A stretch of DNA of 64,000 nt from a bacterium (GTDB lineage Bacteria; Patescibacteriota; Minisyncoccia; Phycocordibacterales; JAGLPS01): positions 15,670 to 79,669 of the forward strand of contig JAUYHB010000027.1 in the NCBI GenBank assembly GCA_030690305.1, written 5' to 3'. The number at the start of each line of letters is the position of its first letter. Positions within the stretch are counted from its first letter, which is position 1. This document shows positions 1-10,077 of the stretch, piece by piece. The notes beneath the pieces are model-generated. The model was not told where the DNA came from, did no database searches, and was given only the letters and a program-made list of their open reading frames with translations. The translations under genes were made by a program, and so were the position numbers.

Positions 1-215
1 CCACACCGAGCCGGGGTGAGAAGCGAATACATGAAGCTTCGCAAGACCGGACTGAACGAAGGTGAAGGAGGTGGGCTCGCAGGTTTTGCCAGTGGGCAAA
101 AACCTGTGAGGTAAGATTTTTCCATCAGGAAGTTTTTCGTGTCCGTAGGTTTGACAATTAGAATGAGTTAGGCTCTAATTGTCTGCAGAAGGTATCTCTT
201 TGAAAGGAGGCTTCT

Positions 216-482
216 ATGCTTGCTACTAAAGCAATCGAACGTGAAGTTTTTCAAAAAGGGGATCCAATAACAATATTGTTCGCCGGGACGGTTAGATTAA
301 AGGGTGTAGTAAAAGAAGATCTCGGGAAAAAAGTGCGGGTGACATTACATACCCCTATTTTAATCAGAGAAAAAGTGGTTTTTCAAAGTGGCATTTTGGG
401 GGTGAGTTATTCCTACGAAGCTCCTCTCAAAGAAGACTTTACCCGCGAAGTCGAAGTAAGTCCCGACTGTATCAATGTGTAA
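216..482 (+). CDS. hypothetical small protein (88 aa)
   Basis: ORF preceded by TTGACA-17-TCTAAT and AAAGGAGG, followed by a terminator. Confidence 0.7.
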   Translation: MLATKAIEREVFQKGDPITILFAGTVRLKGVVKEDLGKKVRVTLHTPILIREKVVFQSGILGVSYSYEAPLKEDFTREVEVSPDCINV

Positions 483-497
483 AGTGTGTGAAAAATG

Positions 498-534
498 AAA
501 AAAGGCCTTGCGAATTTCGCAAGGCCTTTTGTTT
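498..534. terminator. bidirectional intrinsic terminator
   Basis: aaaaggccttgcgaa-t-ttcgcaaggcctttt hairpin between convergent genes. Confidence 0.85.
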
Positions 535-540
535 GAACAA

Positions 541-1050
541 TTACTTCAAAACACAAAAACGTGAAAGGGATTTTATAATAGCCACTTTCTCGTCAGGGAA
601 CATACGTATCCCGTCTTCGGGTTTGAACGCCCTGTCTTCGTAAGAAAATGAACCATCGGTTCGATATGCGCGCATATCCCTGACCTTTTCCATATCTTCC
701 AGGGTGAAAGGAACAAGGTGGGTTTTTTGCATTATAAGGATGACTTTAGGCCAGGGAATTACGGACATAAAAATTACTTTTTGGTAATCGTCGAACACCT
801 GTGTTTTATGTACCTCCTCGAGATTGGTAAGAAAACCAAGCCCGGTTTCCTCTCCAAACTCCCGCAAGGCACACTGGTGGAAATTCCCATTATCGACTGA
901 CTCCATTTTTCCCACGGCCGTAATCTGATATCCCCCGGCCCATGACTCAAAGTCTCCTTTCTCGGAATTCCACAAAGGCCGTTTGGAAAGAAATGCGTAC
1001 CACTCCCTGTTGATTTCGGACAAGACAACTATTCCAGCAAACAATTTCAT
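541..1050 (-). CDS. NUDIX hydrolase-like protein
   Basis: GKMESVD...CALREFGEETG Nudix-box-like motif; AAAGGAGG upstream. Confidence 0.7.
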   Translation of the reverse strand: MKLFAGIVVLSEINREWYAFLSKRPLWNSEKGDFESWAGGYQITAVGKMESVDNGNFHQCALREFGEETGLGFLTNLEEVHKTQVFDDYQKVIFMSVIPWPKVILIMQKTHLVPFTLEDMEKVRDMRAYRTDGSFSYEDRAFKPEDGIRMFPDEKVAIIKSLSRFCVLK

Positions 1051-1107
1051 TACGCGCCTCCTTTTTTGAGATGGTATTTAATCCCACATCTTTCAAATTC
1101 TAGTCCT

Positions 1108-1137
1108 AATTATACCATATAAAATGATAAATGACAA
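1108..1137 (-). promoter_or_regulatory. sigma70-type promoter for the NUDIX gene
   Basis: minus strand TTGTCA-17 nt-TATAAT with TG extension. Confidence 0.7.
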
Positions 1138-1191
1138 TTTATTATTTCACCTTTTTCATATTTTGCTGTATTATCCTTACATTGAAAGATA

Positions 1192-1265
1192 GGGCGGATA
1201 GTTCAGTTGGTTAGAACGTACGGTTCACATCCGTAAGGTCACAGGTTCGAATCCTGTTCCGCCCA
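1192..1265 (+). tRNA. tRNA-Val(CAC)
   Basis: cloverleaf; anticodon arm tacgg-ttCACat-ccgta; GGTTCGAATCC T arm. Confidence 0.95.
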
Positions 1266-1284
1266 CAGCGCGGAATGTGGAAAA

Positions 1285-1589
1285 TTCTTTTTAGAGTCGG
1301 GATGTAGTGTAACGGTAACATGCACGCTTCGGGGTTAATTTTAGTGTCGGGATGTAGTGTAACGGTAACATGCACGCTTCGGGTGCGTGAGACTCCGGGT
1401 TCAAATCCCGGCATCCCGACACTGGGATTAACCGGAAGTCCGGGGGACTTCCGAGGCTCGAAGAGGTGAGACTCCGGGTGAGATATGCTGGGGGCATATC
1501 GCAAGACCTTTTGAGATAATTTCTGAATTATCCAAAAGGTGTACAGAATCTGTAAGATTCAAATCCCGGCATCCCGACTCTGAAAAGAA
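1285..1589 (+). ncRNA. interrupted outer tRNA-Pro scaffold (pieces 1298-1333, 1466-1478, 1558-1577) enclosing a complete tRNA-Pro and extra hairpins
   Basis: three fragments identical to the inner tRNA-Pro in collinear order; 13-bp complementary flanks ttctttttagagt/actctgaaaagaa. Confidence 0.6.
1348..1419 (+). tRNA. tRNA-Pro(CGG)
   Basis: cgggatg/catcccg acceptor stem; cacgc-ttCGGgt-gcgtg anticodon arm; ccggg-ttcaaat-cccgg T arm. Confidence 0.95.
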
Positions 1590-1663
1590 GGGCCTGTAGT
1601 AAAGTGGTATTACACAGCATTCGCATTGCTGAGGCGGGGGTTCGATTCCCCCCAGGTCCACCA
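1590..1663 (+). tRNA. tRNA-Ala(CGC)
   Basis: G3:U70 pair; cagca-ttCGCat-tgctg; encoded CCA. Confidence 0.95.
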
Positions 1664-1665
1664 AA

Positions 1666-1736
1666 CGGGCTGTAGTACAACGGTAGTATATACGCATGGG
1701 GTGCGTATGACCCGGGTTCAACTCCCGGCAGCCCGA
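1666..1736 (+). tRNA. tRNA-Pro(GGG)
   Basis: cgggctg/cagcccg acceptor; tacgc-atGGGgt-gcgta. Confidence 0.93.
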
Positions 1737-1780
1737 TAGTTGAGAGCGTTGTTTTTATTTGTTTAAATGAAACTTGTTAC

Positions 1781-1851
1781 GGGCCTATAGTATAGTAGTA
1801 GAACGCTTCCATGGCATGGATGAGGCGGGGGTGCGATTCCCCCTAGGTCCA
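1781..1851 (+). tRNA. tRNA-Ala(GGC), non-canonical D and T loops
   Basis: G3:U70 pair; atGGCat loop; T loop TGCGATT. Confidence 0.88.
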
Positions 1852-2063
1852 CAAAAACTAGACACCGGCTTTATGTCGGTTGTTTTGTTTCTGTCGCGAA
1901 GCGTTGGGGAATCACAAGATGAAGCAAGCGCAAGCGTGCGAGCTGAGGTCGCGGAAATTGCTAGTAAATAAATATCTGTAACCGATTTCCTACGGATCTA
2001 CATCGACCGGAAAACTTGTGTTTTTGGACAAGAACGTTACTGTTCAATAATCTTTTTTGCACC

Positions 2064-2110
2064 GCCCCGTGAGACAGGCACAGCCGCCATCTCACGGGGC
2101 TTTTTCTTTT
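2064..2110 (+). terminator. intrinsic terminator
   Basis: gccccgtgaga...tctcacggggc followed by T run. Confidence 0.7.
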
Positions 2111-2145
2111 CAAAAAATATTAAGTGCTGTGTTACAATAGGGGGA

Positions 2146-3111
2146 ATGGAAGAATCTATAATCGGTTTTCCGGAACAATTTTCTTTTCACCCAGTCATTG
2201 AAAATGCAGACGCGCTCCGTCCGGCGGAACATTTTATTTTATGCGGCATGGGCGGTTCCCATCTTGCCGCGGGGCTCATAAAACTGTACGACCCGACGCT
2301 CAATCTTTCGGTTCACTATGACTATGCATTGCCTCAATACCCGCACGCGAAATTGAAAGAAGGCCTTCTTATCGCCAGTTCGTTTTCCGGAAATACCGTT
2401 GAAACGATTGATTTTGCACAAAAAGCCTTTGACCAGAAACTCAATCTGATAATTATCGCGTCCGGAGGAAAACTTCTCGAATTTGCGAAAATAAACAATA
2501 TACCGTATATCGCTCTTCCGGCCGTGCGTATTCAGCCGAGAAACGCCGTCGGGTATTCGTTGCTTGCCCTTGCCGAAGCGACATCGAATAAAATGCTTCT
2601 TAATACGTTATGGGGCATGCGGGGGAACTTGGATGCCATGCGGTTTAAGCAGGACGGAGAAATGCTTGCCGAAAAGTTGCAGGGAAAGGTTCCGGTGATT
2701 TATTCCTCAAATAACAACCACTCACTTGCATACAATTGGAAAATAAAATTTAACGAAACCGCGAAAATCCCCGCCTTTTTCAATATGTTTCCGGAACTCA
2801 ATCACAATGAGCTCGCGGGTTTTGACACGACCGAAGAAAAAAAAGCACTCATGCGTCCGTTTCATTTTATTTTTCTTCGGGATTCCAACGACCATCCTGC
2901 AATCATAAAAAGAATGGACATCGCGAAAGACTTGTATCTTACGCGGGGTTTCGATGTGGAGGAGGTGATGCTTACGGGCTCGCATGTCCTTGAAAAAGCA
3001 TTCAACTCGATTTTTCTTGCGGACTGGACGGCATTTTCCCTTGCTTCTTTTTACGGCGTTGACCCGGAACAAGTGCCTCTCATTGAGGAATTCAAAAGTC
3101 TTATCGCATAA
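2146..3111 (+). CDS. bifunctional phosphoglucose/phosphomannose isomerase (SIS domain)
   Basis: CGMGGS, SSFSGNTVET, NETAK, FPELNHNE motifs. Confidence 0.92.
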   Translation: MEESIIGFPEQFSFHPVIENADALRPAEHFILCGMGGSHLAAGLIKLYDPTLNLSVHYDYALPQYPHAKLKEGLLIASSFSGNTVETIDFAQKAFDQKLNLIIIASGGKLLEFAKINNIPYIALPAVRIQPRNAVGYSLLALAEATSNKMLLNTLWGMRGNLDAMRFKQDGEMLAEKLQGKVPVIYSSNNNHSLAYNWKIKFNETAKIPAFFNMFPELNHNELAGFDTTEEKKALMRPFHFIFLRDSNDHPAIIKRMDIAKDLYLTRGFDVEEVMLTGSHVLEKAFNSIFLADWTAFSLASFYGVDPEQVPLIEEFKSLIA

Positions 3112-3114
3112 AAC

Positions 3115-3957
3115 ATGTACATGCTTTTCGACATTGGCGGAACAAAGATGCGTATCGCCGTCTCCGACGGGGGCCGTCAACTTGGAGAATATAAAATCGT
3201 TGAAACCCCGAAAGACTTTAACGAAGGAATGTCGCGGTTTGCATCCGTCGTCGCGGAATTAACTCACGGAAAAAAAGCCCAGGGCGCCGCGGGAGGTATC
3301 GCGGGCACTTTCTTGAAAGAAAAAAAAGAACTTGTCCGTTCTCCCCATTTGCGCGCATGGGTGGGAAAGCCCATTCAGGAAGAGTTGGAGAAAATTATCG
3401 GAGGAAAAGTGTTTATTGAAAACGATGCGGCTATTGTGGGGTTGGGAGAAGCGTTATACGGGGCGGGCAAAGGACACAATATTGTCGTATATGTCACTGT
3501 AAGCACCGGTGTCGGCGGAGCGCGCATTGTCAAAGGAATTATCGACCCTTCAACTGCCGGTTTTGAACCCGGACATCAGGTCATAGATATCGCTTCGGCC
3601 ATTGACCCAGTTGATAATCCTAACGGTACGCTTGAGAATTTCATATCTGGTTCGGCTATGGAAAAACGGTTCGGTGTTCCTCCGTGGGAAGTTACCGACA
3701 AGCATGCGTGGGAAGAAATGGCGGAGTGGCTGGCCTACGGTCTTTTCAACACCACATTATATTGGTCCCCTGAGGTCATCGTTTTGGGCGGCCCCATGAT
3801 AGTCGGGCGTCCGGGCATCGATGTTCATCTGACGACGCTGTATCTAAAGAAACTTCTTGAAGAGTTTTCATATATGCCCCTTATCAAAAAGGCACAGCTT
3901 GAATCTATCGGAGGCCTCTACGGGGCGCTTGCCCATTTGAACAGAGTAATAAGATAG
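3115..3957 (+). CDS. ROK family sugar kinase (glucokinase-like)
   Basis: FDIGGTK, ENDA, STGVGG, EPGH motifs. Confidence 0.92.
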   Translation: MYMLFDIGGTKMRIAVSDGGRQLGEYKIVETPKDFNEGMSRFASVVAELTHGKKAQGAAGGIAGTFLKEKKELVRSPHLRAWVGKPIQEELEKIIGGKVFIENDAAIVGLGEALYGAGKGHNIVVYVTVSTGVGGARIVKGIIDPSTAGFEPGHQVIDIASAIDPVDNPNGTLENFISGSAMEKRFGVPPWEVTDKHAWEEMAEWLAYGLFNTTLYWSPEVIVLGGPMIVGRPGIDVHLTTLYLKKLLEEFSYMPLIKKAQLESIGGLYGALAHLNRVIR

Positions 3958-3998
3958 TGTAGTCTTTGAAGACTATTAAGATAAAAATATCGCCCATT

Positions 3999-4223
3999 AT
4001 GTTTGGAAATTTTTTGCTTAAACAATTTATCAAATCAAAACTGAAAGGGGTGCCCGATTCCGAAATCGACAGACTTATTTCCATTGTTGAAAAAAACCCC
4101 GATTTTTTCAAAAAAGTCGCTACCGAAGTGGAACAGAAGGTAAAAGGAGGACAAGACCAGAGCGCGGCGATGGCCGAGGTTATGAAAAAATACGAATCGG
4201 AATTGAAAAATATCGCCCACTAA
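3999..4223 (+). CDS. small hypothetical helical protein
   Basis: ORF directly upstream of ychF; likely ATG at 3999. Confidence 0.7.
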   Translation: MFGNFLLKQFIKSKLKGVPDSEIDRLISIVEKNPDFFKKVATEVEQKVKGGQDQSAAMAEVMKKYESELKNIAH

Positions 4224-4233
4224 ATCATTTATC

Positions 4234-5334
4234 ATGCTTTCAATCGGAATTGTCGGGCTTCCAAATGTCGGAAAATCAACGTTGTTTAACGCGCTGACCC
4301 TCAAGTCTGTTCCCGCGGAAAACTTTCCTTTTTGCACCATTGACCCATCGGTAGGCATTGTTGCCGTGCCGGACGAACGGTTGTGGAAACTTACAACATT
4401 CAGCACATCGGCAAAAACCATTCCTGCCGCCATTGAATTTGTCGATATTGCCGGGCTTGTCAAAGGAGCCTCGGAAGGCGAAGGCCTTGGCAACCAATTC
4501 TTAAGTCACATCAGGGAGGTTGATGCCATTGCGGAAGTGGTGCGTATTTTTGAAGACCAAAACATCATTCACGTTGACGGGAAAATCCAGCCGCTGTCCG
4601 ACATTGAAACAATCAATCTCGAGCTTGTTTTGGCAGATTTGCAGACGGTTACGAAACGTAAGGGAAGTATTGAAAAAGACGCACGGCGAGGAGACAAAGT
4701 CGCGCTCATCGAATCGGGGGTATTGAATAAAATCGAGCCGGTTCTTAAAGAGGGGAAACCCGTTTCCACGCTCCAGTTTACGGAAGAAGAAAAACCCGTG
4801 CTTAGAAATCTTCACCTTCTGACCTCAAAACCGATTATGTATGTTCTCAACAAAAAAGGCGGGGGAACGAACCTTGATGAACTGAAAGACGAGCGCTGGA
4901 CGGCACTTTTAAAGTTTTTTGAAGACACTAACGCCAAGTGGACGATTGCCGACGCAAAAATCGAGGACGAACTCAAAGAACTTGTTGGAGAAGAAAAAGA
5001 AACGTTCCGCAAGGAACTTGGGGGAAAAGATGACGGTATCGACACGCTCATCAAAAAGGGATACGAATTGCTGAATCTCATTACGTTTTTTACCACGGGA
5101 GAAGACGAAAGCCGCGCATGGACGATACGCCGCGATTCAAAAGCGCCCGTTGCGGGCGCCGCAATCCATACCGACTTTCAGCACAGATTCATTTGTGCCG
5201 AAGTCATTCCGTGGAACACGCTTCTCGAAGCCGGCTCATACGGCACCGCCCGGGAAAAAGGCCTTCTGCGCACCGAAGGGAAGGAATATGTCGTTAAAGA
5301 TGGTGATGTGATTGAGTTCAAAATTGGTGCGTAG
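4234..5334 (+). CDS. ychF: redox-regulated ATPase YchF
   Basis: [42 protein letters not shown]-terminal [12 protein letters not shown]. Confidence 0.97.
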   Translation: MLSIGIVGLPNVGKSTLFNALTLKSVPAENFPFCTIDPSVGIVAVPDERLWKLTTFSTSAKTIPAAIEFVDIAGLVKGASEGEGLGNQFLSHIREVDAIAEVVRIFEDQNIIHVDGKIQPLSDIETINLELVLADLQTVTKRKGSIEKDARRGDKVALIESGVLNKIEPVLKEGKPVSTLQFTEEEKPVLRNLHLLTSKPIMYVLNKKGGGTNLDELKDERWTALLKFFEDTNAKWTIADAKIEDELKELVGEEKETFRKELGGKDDGIDTLIKKGYELLNLITFFTTGEDESRAWTIRRDSKAPVAGAAIHTDFQHRFICAEVIPWNTLLEAGSYGTAREKGLLRTEGKEYVVKDGDVIEFKIGA

Positions 5335-5404
5335 CTTGCTTACGTACCCTTTTTTTATCGTTAAAAAAGGAATATACTATACGTATATTCAATAAGTAAT
5401 TACT

Positions 5405-6349
5405 ATGGATACAACGCAGCCAACACAAAAACCCCGTACAACAGCCGCCGACTTCTTTCTCCATCTCGGAGTTATTGTCGCCTTGTACGTAACGGTAATC
5501 AGTTTTCTCAATCTCGTTTTCAGCCTTATTAACTATGTATATCCGAACTTGCCGCTTGAACAGGGGGTTCCGACAAGCGACCTGAGTATCCCCGTGTCTG
5601 CGCTTGTTATTTTTGCCCCGTTGTACATTTTTCTTTCATGGCTTCTCAATAAGCAATATGGCACCAACCCTTACAAGCGTGAGTTGGGAGTGCGAAAATG
5701 GCTGGTGTATCTTACGCTTTTTATCTCCGGTCTGGCGATTGCTATCGACCTTGTTGTTCTGGTGTACAGTTTCGTGAGCGGAGAATTAATCACTCTCGGT
5801 TTCCTCCTTAAGGTCTTGTCGGTCTTTACTGTTTTAGTCGCCGTTTTTTGGTATCATATTGCCGATTTGAAGGACAAAATAAACGCATCACAAAACAAAA
5901 AACTCGCAATTGCTCTTTCCGTTGTCATTATCGGCTTCATTTGTTTGAGTTTTGCCATTATGGGCTCGCCGTTTAAGCAAAGACTTCTGAAAATCGACGG
6001 TCGTCGAGTTTCCGACTTGCAAAACATTCAATATCAAGTGCTTAACTACTGGCAGTCAAAAGAGAAATTACCGACAACACTTGATGACCTTGTCGATTCT
6101 CTTTCGTACAACAAGGTTCCTGTCGACCCTGCTACCCAGTCCCAATATGAATATCGTGCAATTCCGCCCTTTTCCTTCGAATTGTGTGCTACCTTTGATC
6201 TTCCAAGTGAGGAAAGTGTAAAAAGTATTGCACAGCCCGAGTTTGTCAGCGACTATGAATTTGAAAACTGGAAGCATGAAAAGGGAAGAACCTGCTTTGA
6301 ACGCACTATTGACCCGGACAGGTATCCTCCGTATACCAAAGTAAGATAG
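5405..6349 (+). CDS. multi-pass membrane protein (DUF5671-like, common in CPR)
   Basis: about 5 TM helices, RKWLVYLTL motif, pilin-like C-terminal part with DPAT..YEY and FELCATF. Confidence 0.7.
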   Translation: MDTTQPTQKPRTTAADFFLHLGVIVALYVTVISFLNLVFSLINYVYPNLPLEQGVPTSDLSIPVSALVIFAPLYIFLSWLLNKQYGTNPYKRELGVRKWLVYLTLFISGLAIAIDLVVLVYSFVSGELITLGFLLKVLSVFTVLVAVFWYHIADLKDKINASQNKKLAIALSVVIIGFICLSFAIMGSPFKQRLLKIDGRRVSDLQNIQYQVLNYWQSKEKLPTTLDDLVDSLSYNKVPVDPATQSQYEYRAIPPFSFELCATFDLPSEESVKSIAQPEFVSDYEFENWKHEKGRTCFERTIDPDRYPPYTKVR

Positions 6350-6361
6350 CTAAAAGAAGAG

Positions 6362-6389
6362 AAAGCGGCGGGAAAATCGCCGCTTTTTT
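6362..6389 (+). terminator. intrinsic terminator
   Basis: aaagcggcg-ggaaaat-cgccgcttttt. Confidence 0.75.
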
Positions 6390-6406
6390 CTGTATACTAG
6401 AGCAAT

Positions 6407-8845
6407 ATGGCGCAGGAATATAACCATTTGTCCATAGAAAAAAAATGGCGGGAGAAATGGGCAAAAGAAAAAATCTATAAAACAACGGAATTAGGTGACA
6501 AGCCAAAAGCCTATATTTTGGACATGTTCCCATACCCTTCAGGTGTGGGACTTCATGTCGGGCACCCAAAGGGCTACATTGCAACCGATATCTACTCACG
6601 TTTCAAGCATATGAACGGCTTCAATGTCCTGCATCCAATGGGGTGGGACGCATTCGGTTTGCCCGCGGAAGAATATGCCATTAAAAACAAAATTCATCCG
6701 CGCGTTGCCGTAGAGCAAAATATCAAACGCTACAAAGAACAGCTGGAAATTCTCGGATTCAATTATGACTGGGAGCGGGAAATCGATACTACCGACCCGA
6801 AATACTATAAATGGACGCAATGGATTTTTCTGCAGATGTTTAAAGACGGTCTTGCTTTCGAGTCGCACGAGCCGATTAACTGGTGTCCGTCATGTAAAAC
6901 AGGTCTTGCTAACGAAGACCTGGAAGGAGGAAAGTGCGAACGCTGCGGTTCGATTGTCGAAAAACGTCCGATTCGCCAGTGGGTCTTGAAAATCACCGAT
7001 TATGCGGAAGATTTGCTTGCCGACCTGAAAGATTTGGCATGGCCCGAATCCATAAAAGAATCCCAGCGAAACTGGATAGGGAAAAGTGAGGGAGCGGAAT
7101 TTGACTTCGAACTTGTGGATATTCCCGGCCAGCCCGATGGCAAACATAAGGTAAAAGTATTCACTACACGCCCCGACACGCTGTTCGGTGCGACCTTTGT
7201 AGCGATTTCCGCAGCGCGAGCGAAACTCTGGCTTGATATCGGCTGGAAAGCGAGCGAAGAAATAAAAAAATTCATCGAAAAAACTCTTGCCAAGGAAGCG
7301 GTTCGCGCGCTTAATGAAGTTCCGGAGAAGGAGGGAATGTTTACGGGCATATACGCAAAAAATCCCGCGAACAGAGAAAAAATTCCCGTATGGATTGCGA
7401 ATTACGTTCTCTCGGATTATGGAAGCGGGGTAATTATGGCAGTACCCGCCCACGATGAGCGTGATTTTGAGTTCGCCAAGAAATTCTCTATAGAAATTCG
7501 TCCTGTTGTTCTTTCAGGGGGTAGCGTCCAAATAGGTTGGACCATGGAAAAATATGCTGAAGAATGGAATGACCACTACGCTAAAAATGGCAAACTTTGG
7601 AATTCAGGTGAGTTTACTGGCATGGAAAGTGAGGAAGCGAAAAAGGAAATTATAAAGTTTGCAAAAGGAAAAGAAAAAATTCAGTACAAACTCAAAGATT
7701 GGGTATTCTCCCGTCAGCGATATTGGGGTGAACCTATTCCTCTCATCCATTGCAAAAAATGTGGTGTAGTTCCCGTGCCTGAAAAAGATTTGCCGGTGGA
7801 ATTGCCTGATGTGAAGTACTACGAACCGACCGGAACGGGGGAATCACCTCTCGCAAACATTTCAGAGTGGGTGAATGTGAAATGTCCGAAATGCGGCGGG
7901 GAAGCCAAGCGCGAAACAAATACAATGCCGCAGTGGGCCGGCTCGTGCTGGTACTACCTGCGCTACATGGACCCGAAAAATGACAAGGCGCTCGTTGACC
8001 CCAAAAAGGAAAAACACTGGGCTCCTGTGGACATGTATGTGGGAGGTACAGAACATGCCACGCGTCACCTTATCTATGCCCGTTTTTGGCATAAGTTTCT
8101 CTATAAAATAGGCGCAGTAAGCACCAAAGAGCCCTTCATAGCCCTTCGCAACCAAGGCCTTATCATGGGTACGGACGGACGAAAAATGAGTAAGCGGTTC
8201 GGAAATGTCGTTAATCCCGACGATATAGTTGCGCAATTCGGCGCGGACACCATGCGTGTATATGAAATGTTTATGGGTCCGTTTGAAGCGTCAATCTCAT
8301 GGAGTACGGACAATCTCGTGGGCTCACGGCGTTTCGTTGAGCGTGTCTGGAATCTCGCGCAAAAAGTTTCAAAAGAAGGAACCGTTTCGGACGAAACTCT
8401 TTTCAACCGTACCGTAAAGCAGGTGACCGAGGATATAGAAAATTTTCGTTTTAATACCGTCATATCGGACATGATGATATTGTTGAATTCTCTTGAAAAA
8501 GAAGAAAAAATTCCGCAAGCGATTTTTGAAACATTTATTACCCTTCTGTCTCCGGTTGCTCCACATATCACCGAGGAATTATGGCAGGCCTTGGGCTACC
8601 AAACCTCAATCCATCTTCAGCCGTGGCCGACATTTGACGTTGCAAAACTCGTATCCGAAACGGCCACAATTGCCGTGCAGGTAAACGGAAAAATCAGGGG
8701 GGAATGCACTGTCTCAAACACCGCAACAGAAGATGAAATTAAAACACAGGCACTTTCTTTAGAGTCCGTAAAAAAATGGACGGAAGGCAAGGAGATTAAA
8801 AAGACCATTTTCATAAAAGGAAAACTCATCAGTTTTGTTGTTTGA
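6407..8845 (+). CDS. leuS: leucine--tRNA ligase
   Basis: MFPYPSG.GLHVGH, FTTRPDT editing domain, SRQRYWG, KMSKR. Confidence 0.97.
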   Translation: MAQEYNHLSIEKKWREKWAKEKIYKTTELGDKPKAYILDMFPYPSGVGLHVGHPKGYIATDIYSRFKHMNGFNVLHPMGWDAFGLPAEEYAIKNKIHPRVAVEQNIKRYKEQLEILGFNYDWEREIDTTDPKYYKWTQWIFLQMFKDGLAFESHEPINWCPSCKTGLANEDLEGGKCERCGSIVEKRPIRQWVLKITDYAEDLLADLKDLAWPESIKESQRNWIGKSEGAEFDFELVDIPGQPDGKHKVKVFTTRPDTLFGATFVAISAARAKLWLDIGWKASEEIKKFIEKTLAKEAVRALNEVPEKEGMFTGIYAKNPANREKIPVWIANYVLSDYGSGVIMAVPAHDERDFEFAKKFSIEIRPVVLSGGSVQIGWTMEKYAEEWNDHYAKNGKLWNSGEFTGMESEEAKKEIIKFAKGKEKIQYKLKDWVFSRQRYWGEPIPLIHCKKCGVVPVPEKDLPVELPDVKYYEPTGTGESPLANISEWVNVKCPKCGGEAKRETNTMPQWAGSCWYYLRYMDPKNDKALVDPKKEKHWAPVDMYVGGTEHATRHLIYARFWHKFLYKIGAVSTKEPFIALRNQGLIMGTDGRKMSKRFGNVVNPDDIVAQFGADTMRVYEMFMGPFEASISWSTDNLVGSRRFVERVWNLAQKVSKEGTVSDETLFNRTVKQVTEDIENFRFNTVISDMMILLNSLEKEEKIPQAIFETFITLLSPVAPHITEELWQALGYQTSIHLQPWPTFDVAKLVSETATIAVQVNGKIRGECTVSNTATEDEIKTQALSLESVKKWTEGKEIKKTIFIKGKLISFVV

Positions 8846-9036
8846 CCTGTTTTCTTCGCGTTTGAGCGAGAATCCACTTTTTCCAAACCTTGCGGAGTCC
8901 GGAAAGTATGAGCAGAGAAAAATCCAACAGGATTTTATCGTGTTTGGAAAAAGTGGGTTGGAGCGGGCATTTGACATTTCCTTGACTTTCTTTTAGTGTA
9001 GTGATACAACGTAGTGAATAAATAAACCTATTGAAC

Positions 9037-10077
9037 ATGTCCGAAAAAATTACAGTAGCGTTTAAGCCCAAACAAGTTGTCAAAAAACTCCTTGCTGTTC
9101 TCGTTCCCAGGGCAAAAGACGTCATTGTAAGTCGTTATGGTCTCGGAAATGAAAGCGCCCGTCTTACTCTCGAAGCTATCGGGAAAAAATACAACATTAC
9201 CCGCGAGCGCGTGCGACAAATAGAAAACTACTCTCTCGACCACATTCGAAAATCCAAGGAATACAAAGAAACCCTTCCGGTTTTTGAAGAGCTCAAGGAA
9301 TCCATGCATTTAATGGGCGGACTTGTTCCGGAAGAAGAATTTTTAACGACGCTTGCCAAGGACAAGAGTACCCAAAACCATATCCACTTCCTTTTAGTTG
9401 TCGGTGAACATTTTACCCGTTACAAAGAAGATGACCACTTTAAAACCCGTTGGCACGTCGACAATGAACTTGCCGAACAGGTGCACGGGTCTTTGAAGAA
9501 ATTGTACGAAAATCTTTCCGACGATGACCTCATATCGGATCCAGACTTTATCGAATCTTTTCTGGAACAACTCCATGAGCTCGCCGAAAAATATAAAAGT
9601 GATGAAATCATGAAGCGCTGGCTTTCGCTTTCAAAGAAAATCGGACGCAATCCTCTTGGCGAATGGGGCAAATCAAGTTCCTCAAATATCAATGCCCGCG
9701 GTATGCGCGACTATGCATTCCTGGTTATCCGTAAACACGGTTCACCAATTCATTTTCGAGAAGTAGCCGAAGCAATTACCAAAATTTTCAATAAAAAGGC
9801 CCACGTTGCGACGACCCACAACGAACTTATCAAAGATTCCCGTTTTGTTCTTGTCGGCCGCGGCTTGTACGCCCTTTCCGAATGGGGATATATGAGTGGT
9901 GTCGTTAAAGATGTTATTCGCAAAGTGCTTGAGAAAAACGGCCCTCTTACCAAGCAGGAAATTATCGACAAGGTCTTGAAGGAACGATATGTTAAAGAAA
10001 ACACCATTGTCGTTAATCTTCAGAATCCGAAGTTTTTCAAAAAAGACACCCAAGGCCGCTACGCTCTCGCCAAATAA
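9037..10077 (+). CDS. sigma70 region-4 HTH protein with C-terminal winged-helix (RNAP delta/HARE-HTH-like) domains
   Basis: TLEAIGKKYNITRERVRQIE; PIHFREVAE...TTHNELIKDSRFVLVGRGLYAL. Confidence 0.8.
   Translation: MSEKITVAFKPKQVVKKLLAVLVPRAKDVIVSRYGLGNESARLTLEAIGKKYNITRERVRQIENYSLDHIRKSKEYKETLPVFEELKESMHLMGGLVPEEEFLTTLAKDKSTQNHIHFLLVVGEHFTRYKEDDHFKTRWHVDNELAEQVHGSLKKLYENLSDDDLISDPDFIESFLEQLHELAEKYKSDEIMKRWLSLSKKIGRNPLGEWGKSSSSNINARGMRDYAFLVIRKHGSPIHFREVAEAITKIFNKKAHVATTHNELIKDSRFVLVGRGLYALSEWGYMSGVVKDVIRKVLEKNGPLTKQEIIDKVLKERYVKENTIVVNLQNPKFFKKDTQGRYALAK

Noticed and set aside
1334..1557. Group I intron explanation for the interrupted tRNA-Pro
   Set aside because: No recognisable P7 catalytic core, inserts are short once the inner tRNA is removed, and joining the pieces does not restore a canonical anticodon arm.
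1211..1971. ORFs 1211-1504, 1291-1497, 1428-1721 and 1774-1971
   Set aside because: Shadow frames over tRNA genes.
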